Source: Caldivirga maquilingensis IC-167
GTDB lineage: Archaea > Thermoproteota > Thermoprotei > Thermoproteales > Thermocladiaceae
Assembly (NCBI RefSeq): GCF_000018305.1
Contig: NC_009954.1
Span: 1,440,001-1,472,000 of the forward strand
Length of the DNA: 32,000 nucleotides
Reading direction: 5' to 3'
Below, one piece after another: positions 15,987 through 24,776 of the stretch. Every line of letters begins with the position of its first letter. Positions within the stretch are counted from its first letter, which is position 1. Below the pieces are notes generated by a model, which was not told where the DNA came from, made no database searches, and was given only the letters and a program-made list of their open reading frames with translations. A program made the translations under genes and the position numbers.

Positions 15987-16487
15987 ATGAGGTCTGGTAT
16001 TGAGGTTAGGCAATGTGGATTAAATATCATTGATTTAGTTGAGGATTTGGAGAGGAGGATTTTCAGACCCAGTGAGGTCTATACTAGGGGTTTCCTGGAG
16101 TGGCTTTGTGAGAATTGCTCTAATTCATCATACGTAGCGGTTAAGGATGGGGTTTACGTGGGCTACATAATAACATGCATTGATAGGCCTGGTCAGGGGC
16201 ATGTGGTTTCCCTAGGTGTTTTAGCTGAGTATAGGAGGATGGGGGTTGGTAGGCTTCTCATGTGTTCATCAATATGTAGGCTTAGGGGTATTGTGGATTC
16301 AATAGTACTGGAGGTTAGGGTATCTAATGATGCTGCAATTAACCTATATAGGAGCTTGGGATTCAGGATTCACCACACTATACCAGGCTACTACAGTGAT
16401 GGTGAGTCAGCCTACTTCATGGTCCTTGATAATGAATACTTAAACCAAGCTTACTTAAAGTGTCAATGTGGTTCCGAACAAGGTTAA
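15987..16487 (+). CDS. GNAT N-acetyltransferase (RimI/Ard1-type protein N-terminal acetyltransferase)
   Basis: The acetyl-CoA motif is YRRMGVGRLLM (R-x-x-G-x-G). The track start is TTG at 15981. The ATG at 15987 sits about 26 nt from the centre of the box gtattttaaaatac (15954-15967), so I prefer it. Confidence 0.85.
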   Translation: MRSGIEVRQCGLNIIDLVEDLERRIFRPSEVYTRGFLEWLCENCSNSSYVAVKDGVYVGYIITCIDRPGQGHVVSLGVLAEYRRMGVGRLLMCSSICRLRGIVDSIVLEVRVSNDAAINLYRSLGFRIHHTIPGYYSDGESAYFMVLDNEYLNQAYLKCQCGSEQG

Positions 16488-17832
16488 CCACATCACCCTT
16501 AAGCCTACTCAACTCCTCCTCAGCCTCATTAATAAGTCTCCTACTCGGTATACTGCTTAACTTATCCTCATCAATAATATTCACGTTAAACCCCTTGTCA
16601 ACGGTTAAATCAACTTCAAGATCAATGTAAATCACCCCATCCCAAGTAACCTCAATGGGTGTGTTAATATTCACGTAGGCGCCCTTGAATGAGCCATCGT
16701 GTGAAACGTAAATATGGGTTAAATGCCTTTCACCAATATTAATTACACTATAGGCTGCGTCACCATACTCCTTAGCTACATTAAGCCCATCCAATGTCCC
16801 ACCAGGCTTCAACTCCCTCCTAATGATAAGTAACCCATTACTATAATGAACCCTCTCCCCAGGCCCTAGGTTAATGTGCTCTCCATTAACCTTAACGTGA
16901 TGCACATTAATCGTGGATAAATTACTTAATGCGTAATTAGCCAGAGCTCTACCTAACTCATCCCTCATCTTTAATTCACCAACCAGGTACTCAGTGTAGT
17001 CAAGTATCTCAGTGTTCTTCATGGTTATCTTCAAGGCGTGGTGACCCTTAACCGTGGGTACAATGGTGTTCCTAATATCATCCAGCACCCACCTAGCCTC
17101 AGCATCCAGTATCACAGAGACTATGCATTCCCCTTCAAATAACATATCGTAGTCCCTTGCCTCAGCGATCTTAACCCTAATGGCGTTGACTAGGCTTATT
17201 GCCTCATCCAGCGCCTTCTCAGCATCCTCTTCACTGAGGTATTGGGCTGAGCTCCTCCACCTTATGCCTAATCCACCCAGTTGATTAATTTTACTTAACC
17301 CAACCCTGACAAGCATCATTTTAGCATCAGGATCCTTAATATGCCTACTAAGCCTAACCGTTGGGCTATCTATGACTCTGAGGTAACTGGTGGTTGGCAT
17401 TATGTATGGGCTTGCCCTCAACTGCCCGGTTACATTAACCATGGTCACCGGTAACTTATCACCAGGCCTAAAGTAATTGGAACCCTCAAGTAGGGCTAAG
17501 ACACCTGGTGCAACCTCAATGTGTCCATTATCAGCTACAACACCCATTATTACGCTGTATAATGGGACAGGCGGCTTATTGTAAGCTACGTCCCCAACCC
17601 TACGTAGTATGGATTCAAGAACCTTATTAACCTCACTGCACTTACCTATTATGAATAATGCCCCTGGGATATTCTCATCATCCTTAATAGTTACGTCAGG
17701 GGGTTCAGTGGAGTGAAGTATGTTGAATCTGCTTAATATGGTGTCAGTGGCTTGAACAATATCGTACCCATCCTCCAGCATAATCTTAGTTAGTGCTGTG
17801 GCGTAAATCCCCCTAACCCTTACCTTAGTCAT
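16417..17832 (-). CDS. FAU-1/AU-1 RNA-binding protein (RNase E/G-like)
   Basis: 471 aa. The N-terminus MTKVRVRGIYATALTKIMLEDGYDIVQAT matches the conserved start of the archaeal FAU-1 family. The 3' end overlaps the convergent acetyltransferase gene by 71 nt. Confidence 0.8.
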   Translation of the reverse strand: MTKVRVRGIYATALTKIMLEDGYDIVQATDTILSRFNILHSTEPPDVTIKDDENIPGALFIIGKCSEVNKVLESILRRVGDVAYNKPPVPLYSVIMGVVADNGHIEVAPGVLALLEGSNYFRPGDKLPVTMVNVTGQLRASPYIMPTTSYLRVIDSPTVRLSRHIKDPDAKMMLVRVGLSKINQLGGLGIRWRSSAQYLSEEDAEKALDEAISLVNAIRVKIAEARDYDMLFEGECIVSVILDAEARWVLDDIRNTIVPTVKGHHALKITMKNTEILDYTEYLVGELKMRDELGRALANYALSNLSTINVHHVKVNGEHINLGPGERVHYSNGLLIIRRELKPGGTLDGLNVAKEYGDAAYSVINIGERHLTHIYVSHDGSFKGAYVNINTPIEVTWDGVIYIDLEVDLTVDKGFNVNIIDEDKLSSIPSRRLINEAEEELSRLKGDVVNLVRNHIDTLSKLGLSIHYQGP

Positions 17833-17934
17833 CAGGATTAATGCAACTGGGGTTATTTAAACACTAAGTTATAATGTACCTAACACACCCCTGGAGTGAA
17901 ATATATTGAATAATTAATGGTAACTTAACGTAAA

Positions 17935-17976
17935 CTATGGTTAAAATTACCTTATAGTTAATATGATTAACCATAG
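17935..17976. repeat. perfect 10-bp inverted repeat CTATGGTTAA-N22-TTAACCATAG
   Basis: Read directly. It lies in the 297-bp AT-rich spacer between the divergent FAU-1 and C5-methyltransferase genes. Confidence 0.85.
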
Positions 17977-18129
17977 GTCTTAAATACTTATGCCACGATT
18001 ATTATTAATGAATTTAGTGTTAATTATTTCTCATTTTTTAACAACATAGTTGAGATTTCACATGGCTTAGTCTTCACTTGGGTTAAGTTTATGAATTAAT
18101 CCTCAACCGAGGAACTTAAGTGAAGCCCA

Positions 18130-19074
18130 GTGGGTTTAAGGGTAGTGGACTTGTTTTCAGGGGCGGGGGGATTCTCGGTTGGCTTCAGGGATGCTGGTTT
18201 TGAGGTGGTTGCAGGCTTAGACATTGACATTGACTCAGTGAGGTCATTCAGCATTAACTTCCCTAAAGCAGTAACAATACGTGAGGACGCTAGGTTAGTT
18301 AGGGGTAGTGATATTATTAAGTATGTTGGTGACGTGGACGTGGTGGTGGGTGGACCACCATGTGAAGCCTACACTGGGGCTAATCCAAGAAGGATGAGTG
18401 ATCCATTGGATAGGCTTTACATGGATGAGCTTGGTCAATTAACCCTGGAGTTCATTAGGCTTGTGGGTGAGTTGAGGCCTAAGGTTTTCGTGATGGAGAA
18501 CGTGGCAGCCATAACTGAGGGTGGGCTTAAGGAGGCCTTAATCAATGAATTCAGGAGGGTGGGTTACGGGGTTATTCACTTCAATATACTTCACGCCGAG
18601 GATTATGGGGTTCCAAGCATTAGGAGGAGGGTCTTCATATCAAACATTGTTATTAAGCCACCTAAGGCAGGTAAGGTGATTACTGTCGCCGAGGCCTTAA
18701 GTGGCTTGCCTGAACCAACACCCCTAATCCCTAATCATGAACCAGTCACCGTGTCTGGGAGGAAGATTAAGGGTATTAGTAGGGTTAATTGGGGGCAAGC
18801 CCTATACACGTACAGGGGTTCTGGGGGAGTGTACAGGAACTTCATTAGGCTTCACCCAGGTAAACCAGCCCCAACGGTAATGGGTAGTGTCAGGTTTATT
18901 CACCCATATGAAGATAGGTTACTAACGGTGAGGGAGCAGGCTAGGTTAATGGGATTCCCAGACACCCACGTATTCACCGGTAGTAAGGATTCTCAATTCA
19001 ATCAAGTGGGTGAAGCAGTACCACCACCCTTAGCTAAGGCAATAGCGGAGGTTGTTAAGCGGGAGTTAACGTGA
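18130..19074 (+). CDS. DNA-type cytosine-C5 methyltransferase (Dcm/M.HhaI fold)
   Basis: 314 aa with a GTG start. Motif I DLFSGAGGFSVGF, motif IV GGPPCEAYT (catalytic C78), motif VI VMENV, motif VIII YGVPSIRRRVFI, motif IX REQARLMGFPD, motif X QVGEAVPPPLAKAI. Confidence 0.9.
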   Translation: MGLRVVDLFSGAGGFSVGFRDAGFEVVAGLDIDIDSVRSFSINFPKAVTIREDARLVRGSDIIKYVGDVDVVVGGPPCEAYTGANPRRMSDPLDRLYMDELGQLTLEFIRLVGELRPKVFVMENVAAITEGGLKEALINEFRRVGYGVIHFNILHAEDYGVPSIRRRVFISNIVIKPPKAGKVITVAEALSGLPEPTPLIPNHEPVTVSGRKIKGISRVNWGQALYTYRGSGGVYRNFIRLHPGKPAPTVMGSVRFIHPYEDRLLTVREQARLMGFPDTHVFTGSKDSQFNQVGEAVPPPLAKAIAEVVKRELT

Positions 19075-19280
19075 ATTAACCTATAATTATCCTTAGGCAT
19101 TATTAAGCACGCCTCATTCCCTCTAACATTCCTCTAATCGACAGAGTAAGGTGAATGGTATTATTCAAGCTGCGTTAAGGCATTCTCATAAATTATTTCA
19201 TGATTTTCCCCAGGGCTATACCATTATAGCTGAAACTTGAGGGCTTGGAATGAAGTAGGTGTTCAATGTAATGGCTTAAA

Positions 19281-20426
19281 TTACTCCATTCTAATTACTT
19301 CAGCCGGCCTTATCCTAGTTACACTAATTAAGGGTGGTATTGAGGCTAGTACCCCAGTGACCAGTGCCGTGGCTAACCCCAGTGCGAAGAATTCAGGTAC
19401 CGGTGTTATTACTATACTTATATTGTACCCTAGGTAGTTGATTAATTTAACCATGGCTACTGAACCATAGTAACCTGCAATTAAACCCAGTAAGCCACCT
19501 ATTAAAGAGACTACAAGCACCTGGATTATGAATATTAGCATTACCTGTCCATTAGATGCCCCTATAGCCTTCATTATCCCAATCTCCCTCCTCCTCTCCC
19601 TAACGTTTATTAGAACCATTATAGCCACTATGAGTCCAGCTATAATAATGCTGAGGACTATGACTACGACGAAGAAAACGTTAATTAAGTTAACAACCTC
19701 ATTAACACTACCTATTATTGACTGCTGTTCATAAACCTGGGCCTCAGGGATTATCTGCTTCATAGCCGTGTTAAGCCCATTTATTACCGTTGGGTTATCA
19801 TGAATAACCTTAATGAATATGACGTTAACGAAGTCACCTGTATTTAATTGACTTTGAAGGTAACTTAACTGAGTGACTATCATGTAAACTTGAAAACCCA
19901 GTAGGCCACCGAATATACTTGAGAATACTCCAGAAACCCTGAGCTTAAGTACATTATATGTCCCGGAAATACCCTGGGGAACGTAAACGTAAATGTAGTC
20001 ACCCGTACTAACATTCAATGCCTGAGCCAACTGCTGCGATACTATGCAATCACCACTACTCAACGGTAATGAACCTTGAATTAACTGGGGGTAGAAGTAG
20101 GTGAAGGAGCTTGGTGATAAGCCTATTAACGTAACATCATGGCCACCGGCAATGGCGCCCGTTAATATGGCTGGTGCAGCGTACTCAACGGTCTTTAGGC
20201 CATTAATCATGTTAACCAACTCCTCAGGTATGATTGCGGTTGAGGTGTACACCATTAGGTCAGCGGGTAGTATTGACTTAACCTCAAGACCCACAGTGTA
20301 CTTAACACCATACGTAACAGTCTCAAGGGCTATTAGAAGCGCCACAGCAGTGGCTACTGCAACAATGGTCATTATAGTTAAAGCCCTCCTAGCCATTAAA
20401 CCCCTTAACCCAATCCTAATAGCCAT
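19281..20426 (-). CDS. FtsX/MacB-like ABC transporter permease (DUF214)
   Basis: Family-typical topology: an N-terminal TM, a roughly 230-aa extracytoplasmic domain, and 3 C-terminal TMs including REIGIMKAIGAS. The track ORF starts at 20498. I prefer M25 (MAIRIGLRGLMARRALTIMTI, ATG at 20426), which matches the usual family N-terminus. Confidence 0.8.
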   Translation of the reverse strand: MAIRIGLRGLMARRALTIMTIVAVATAVALLIALETVTYGVKYTVGLEVKSILPADLMVYTSTAIIPEELVNMINGLKTVEYAAPAILTGAIAGGHDVTLIGLSPSSFTYFYPQLIQGSLPLSSGDCIVSQQLAQALNVSTGDYIYVYVPQGISGTYNVLKLRVSGVFSSIFGGLLGFQVYMIVTQLSYLQSQLNTGDFVNVIFIKVIHDNPTVINGLNTAMKQIIPEAQVYEQQSIIGSVNEVVNLINVFFVVVIVLSIIIAGLIVAIMVLINVRERRREIGIMKAIGASNGQVMLIFIIQVLVVSLIGGLLGLIAGYYGSVAMVKLINYLGYNISIVITPVPEFFALGLATALVTGVLASIPPLISVTRIRPAEVIRME

Positions 20427-20654
20427 TAGGCTTGCCCGCGTATTCACGCATCTAGTGAAGGGGCTAATGCTTATAATCCTTTTTAAGCAGGCATTCATCC
20501 TGGGGGGATAGTGTTGACTGCTTCCCTTTACTGAATGTTGATGAATACGCCAACGCCTGAAAATACACTGCTCCCTAAGCTTAAGGTTAAGGATACTATG
20601 AGTTATTTATAAAATATACTATTGGAGAGTAATACAATACTTCACTTATAGGTA

Positions 20655-20666
20655 AAGTTTAAATGC
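20655..20666 (+). promoter_or_regulatory. TATA-like box for the SDR gene
   Basis: aagtttaaatgc lies about 25-30 nt upstream of the ATG at 20687. Confidence 0.5.
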
Positions 20667-20686
20667 ACTAATTTATTAATAGGCAT

Positions 20687-21433
20687 ATGGCTAACTTAAG
20701 TGGTAAGGTAGCTATAGTTACAGGTGCAGGACAGGGAATAGGTAGGGGAATAGCCCTAAGGTTAGCTAGGGATGGGGCGATAGTGGTTGCCACTGACATT
20801 ACGGGTAAGGAGAATGAGGTTGCTGAGGAGGTTAGGAAACTGGGTGGGCAGGGGATGGCATTAAGACTAGACGTCACCGATGGGAAAATGGCTGAGGAGG
20901 TTGCTAGGACTGTGTTCGATAAGTATGGGCACATTGATATCCTAGTTAATAACGCTGGGATCTATCCATTTAAACCATTCATGGAAATGACGTTTAACGA
21001 CTGGTACAGGGTGATTAACGTTAACTTAAACGGCGTCTTCAATGTCACTAGGGCAGTGGTGCCTTACATGGTTAAACAGAAGAATGGTAGAATAATCAAT
21101 ATCGCCTCAATAGCCGGTGCAGTAATGGGCTTCATGGGTCTCACCCACTACAGTGCATCAAAGGCAGGCATAGTTGGTTTCACTCGGGCATTGGCGTTGG
21201 AGCTAGCCCGCTATGGTATAACTGTTAATGCAATAGCGCCAGGAGCCATAAATACACCGGGTGCTGCGACTGGTTCTGAGGAGCAGGTGAGAATGATGAT
21301 TAACGCAATACCAATGGGTAAGCTAGGTACACCTGAGGACATAGCCTCTGCAGTAGCCTATTTGGCGTCGGATGAGGCAAGCTACATAACTGGGGCATTA
21401 ATAGTCATTGATGGTGGATGGTCAATAACCTAA
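20687..21433 (+). CDS. short-chain dehydrogenase/reductase (FabG-like)
   Basis: 248 aa with TGAGQGIGRG (cofactor binding), NNAG, and the catalytic Y-x3-K (YSASKAG). Confidence 0.9.
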   Translation: MANLSGKVAIVTGAGQGIGRGIALRLARDGAIVVATDITGKENEVAEEVRKLGGQGMALRLDVTDGKMAEEVARTVFDKYGHIDILVNNAGIYPFKPFMEMTFNDWYRVINVNLNGVFNVTRAVVPYMVKQKNGRIINIASIAGAVMGFMGLTHYSASKAGIVGFTRALALELARYGITVNAIAPGAINTPGAATGSEEQVRMMINAIPMGKLGTPEDIASAVAYLASDEASYITGALIVIDGGWSIT

Positions 21434-21549
21434 TCTCTTCATTAAAACATCATAAATTATTGCTTTTAATAATGAATAAGGATAGAATTATTCAGCGCAG
21501 TAAATCAGTAACTTCATTACCCCAATCAAGGAATGAGGTGGTTATGGTG

Positions 21550-23226
21550 TTACTTTAATTTTGAGAATAACTCAGCCACAGTCCTAGTGGCTAACTTAGG
21601 TCTCCTATCCCTGGTGTATAAGCCCTTAGTATTCAGTATCACCCTCCTTGGGTTCTGTGGGGTCCTGAAGTCTGCGTAGTTCCATATGTGTAATCCCCTT
21701 ACGTATGGTTTCTTTGATAATTCCTCAATATACCTCCTTAGGAATAATTCCTGGTACTCCTCACTCCAAGCCACTGGTGGGTCATGGTGTAGTCCAGTAA
21801 CCCCCTCAGCACCAAACTCCGTTATTATTATTGGTTTATCAGGGTACCTTGAGTGAACCTCCTCAATAAGCTTAACAGCCTTAGCCACGCCAGTTTCAAC
21901 ATCACCAGTATCACTATACCACCCGAAGTATATGTTTAAGGCCACTGCATCACCAAGACCCAGCGCCTTATCGTCAAGGTGCCTGAATGAAGTATATATT
22001 ACTGGTCTAGTGGGGTCAATGGACTTAACATGGTTCATTAACTCACCTAGGAATACCCTAGCCTCATCAGTAATACTGTTTGGTTCATTAGCAACACTAT
22101 ACATAACCACACTGGGCCTATTCCTATGCTGCCTAATCATCTCACTAATAACCCGCTTAGCCTTCTCAAGGTAATCACGGTTACTGAAGTGATGCTCCCT
22201 AAGCCCAACCAATGGTGCCTCTAGGATTACGAGTACGCCGAATTCATCAGCTAGGTCTAGGTGGGCGTTGGAGTATGGGTAGTGACTTGTCCTGAAGGAG
22301 TTGGCGTTAATCCTCCTCATATTATAGTAATCCCTAATCAACACTGGCCCCGGTAATGCCCTACCGAATATTGGGTAATCCTCATGCCTACCGAAACCCT
22401 TAAGGAAGATTGATTCACCGTTAAGGTAGAATCCACCAGCCTTAACCTCAAATGTCCTAAACCCAATACGCTCAGTGACGGTGTCCTCAACATCATTATT
22501 AGTAATTAACCTAGCCTCAAGAGTGTAGAGTACAGGGTGTTCAATGGACCATGGTTCAAGACCCTTAACATAATCCTCAAAGGCACCCTCAACAACCCTA
22601 CTGTAAACCACGCCACCAGACTTATCCAGTAGGCTTAACTCAAGTTTAAAGGGCCTTGAGCAATTAACCACTGGCTGAACCTTAAGGTATCCATCATGCC
22701 TAGTGGCAATGATTAAATCATCAATGAAGCAGCCGTGGGTGAACTCAACCCAAACAGGCCTCTGAATACCGCCGTAATGGTAGAAGTCGAAGTAGGTTGC
22801 ATTCAAACCCTCACCGGGTGGTATGTTATCGGGCTTCAATGTGTTATCAATCTTAACAACGACCCTATTCCAACCACCGTAGTTTAGGTTGGGTATCTTG
22901 AATTTGAATAATGTGAATGAACCCTCATGCTCACCAATAAATACCCCATTAACCCAAACCCTACTCAAGTAACCACTACCCTCGAAGATTATCCATGGTG
23001 TTAAGCCATTAAGCTCCCTAGGCACGTAGAAGTCCATTAAGTACCATGCAACACCACTGTAACCATCCCAATCAGGATTCTGCTCATTCCAGGAGGCTGG
23101 AACATAAATATGATCACTGGACTCAAAACCCTTAAACCAACCATTAGACTCACCGGCATTACCAGGATCAAGCCTGAAACCCCAAAAACCATCCAAAGGT
23201 ATCCTAGGTCTAACACCAGTAACCAT
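21550..23226 (-). CDS. GH2 glycoside hydrolase, beta-glucuronidase-like
   Basis: 558 aa. SVANEPNS carries the acid/base Glu and IITEFGAEG the nucleophile Glu. WNYADFRTPQNPRRVILNTKGLYTRDRRPK parallels the E. coli GUS C-terminal block, including the N-x-K glucuronate-binding motif. Confidence 0.8.
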   Translation of the reverse strand: MVTGVRPRIPLDGFWGFRLDPGNAGESNGWFKGFESSDHIYVPASWNEQNPDWDGYSGVAWYLMDFYVPRELNGLTPWIIFEGSGYLSRVWVNGVFIGEHEGSFTLFKFKIPNLNYGGWNRVVVKIDNTLKPDNIPPGEGLNATYFDFYHYGGIQRPVWVEFTHGCFIDDLIIATRHDGYLKVQPVVNCSRPFKLELSLLDKSGGVVYSRVVEGAFEDYVKGLEPWSIEHPVLYTLEARLITNNDVEDTVTERIGFRTFEVKAGGFYLNGESIFLKGFGRHEDYPIFGRALPGPVLIRDYYNMRRINANSFRTSHYPYSNAHLDLADEFGVLVILEAPLVGLREHHFSNRDYLEKAKRVISEMIRQHRNRPSVVMYSVANEPNSITDEARVFLGELMNHVKSIDPTRPVIYTSFRHLDDKALGLGDAVALNIYFGWYSDTGDVETGVAKAVKLIEEVHSRYPDKPIIITEFGAEGVTGLHHDPPVAWSEEYQELFLRRYIEELSKKPYVRGLHIWNYADFRTPQNPRRVILNTKGLYTRDRRPKLATRTVAELFSKLK

Positions 23227-23388
23227 AATTACAGAGCATCAGCGAGTTTTAAAGCATTAATGTTAATTATGTTCAACCGGTAATTTAGTTAATTACTTTG
23301 AAGAGGTGTATGGGCGTGTCGTTGCCTGAGTTAATTAAGCTACTGAGCTTAAGAGGGAGGAATAGTGATTTTAGGCTGAGGGGAATTA

Positions 23389-24564
23389 TTAACCTACCAC
23401 TGCTTTTATTACTGCTTTAATTCGTGTATTCGCCTTTACCTTAACCCATGTTGCTGGATTACTCACAGTGTTTAATCCCTTGCTTAACTGAATTACCTCA
23501 ACATCATCATCATGTAAATCAAGCTTCATGTTTAATTCAGCATCACCACTTACTGAAATCATTAACCTACTGGCTTTGGGCAAGTAGTACCATTTGCTTT
23601 CCGTGCCATTGAATACTCCTCTTAATTCACCGTAGCTTGATGGATTGAATACCACCTCATCATTGATGTATATTGCCCAAATCTCATGCGTATAACCCTC
23701 CTTCTTAGTATCAGGCCTATTGCTCCAGGTATCCCTAAATGAGGCCACGAGTAATTTAGGCTTCCCATCAGGCATCACTGTGTAGTGTGGGTGACCTATT
23801 TGCGTGAATGAATCCTCAACACCAAGTAGCGGCATTAATGAAGCCTCTAGGATACCCATGTTGGCTAGGTCACTTATTGAATTTAACTCATCTAATGCTG
23901 GGCCAATGTATGTTTGCAGAACCCACCTGTTGGGTGAATCAACCTCAACGAATACTTGAAGCCTTGGCATTAAGGTGAAGTCAATGACATCATTACCCCT
24001 ACCCCAACGCCCCAATTCACCCCAATCCTCAACCTTAAGCGTATTCAAGTCATCAATACTCCTAATTGCAAACACCCCGATTGCACTTGAGTCGCCAATA
24101 GGCGTTACAGCTATAGCATCCCTAATACTCCCATAAGCACCAGTGGGTTTAATGGGTACTCCTGAATCCTTACTAAAGCCCTCAATAAGCTTCCTATACC
24201 CCTTAAGATTCCAGTCATGGTCAAAAACGAGAATGTAGGCATCCTTACCGTGGGTTGAGGTTACGTAGAATTCATCCCTAGCCGTATTGTAAATACCCCT
24301 CACTGCATTATTAGTGTAATCCACCTGCTCAGGGAAGCTTGAGGGGAGTATTTTCTTCAATTGGCTTAAGTCAACGTTAAGGGACTCATCAATAGGTGCA
24401 ACAAAACCCTCCCTCTTAAGGCCAGTGGGGTCACTCCAACCAGTGAAGAGTAACCAATACCTATCCCTCCTAACATCATAAATCACATACGGTGTCCCAA
24501 CACCACCCTTAAGATCATTAACCGGAACCCTATAGGGGAGTAGTACTGGTTTAACGAGAACCAT
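23389..24564 (-). CDS. hypothetical protein, beta-rich (possible beta-propeller glycosidase-like protein)
   Basis: 391-aa ORF with its own atttaaaaattc box about 25 nt upstream. No motif that I can assign. It lies upstream of the GH2 gene on the same strand. The functional guess is weak. Confidence 0.6.
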   Translation of the reverse strand: MVLVKPVLLPYRVPVNDLKGGVGTPYVIYDVRRDRYWLLFTGWSDPTGLKREGFVAPIDESLNVDLSQLKKILPSSFPEQVDYTNNAVRGIYNTARDEFYVTSTHGKDAYILVFDHDWNLKGYRKLIEGFSKDSGVPIKPTGAYGSIRDAIAVTPIGDSSAIGVFAIRSIDDLNTLKVEDWGELGRWGRGNDVIDFTLMPRLQVFVEVDSPNRWVLQTYIGPALDELNSISDLANMGILEASLMPLLGVEDSFTQIGHPHYTVMPDGKPKLLVASFRDTWSNRPDTKKEGYTHEIWAIYINDEVVFNPSSYGELRGVFNGTESKWYYLPKASRLMISVSGDAELNMKLDLHDDDVEVIQLSKGLNTVSNPATWVKVKANTRIKAVIKAVVG

Positions 24565-24776
24565 AACCTAATAATACATGTGAATTTTTAAATATTGGGG
24601 TTAGAGATGCATTCAGGAATAATAATCCTTATGCTGAATTACATTAAAGTGGTAGGCGCAGTAAGTATATGAAATGCCTCCCTATTTCCTCTATTTTAAC
24701 AAGGATTATTGCAATATATGCCTTATGTGATGTTTCATACCGCTTACGCATAAATGTTAATAAACCGTTGCAATGA

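Noticed and set aside
19237-19437. 66-aa ORF just downstream of the C5 methyltransferase, considered as a possible tiny restriction or controller partner.
   Set aside because: Most of it is antisense to the 3' end of the FtsX-like permease. It has no promoter-like box or SD and no nuclease or HTH motif.
23310-23420. 36-aa ORF (MGVSLPELIKLLSLRGRNSDFRLRGIINLPLLLLLL) preceded by GAGGTG in the GH2 upstream spacer.
   Set aside because: The SD-like motif is only 1 nt from the ATG. There is no TATA-like box at the right distance. The ORF runs 32 nt into the 3' end of the opposite-strand gene. It is too short to evaluate and probably fortuitous.
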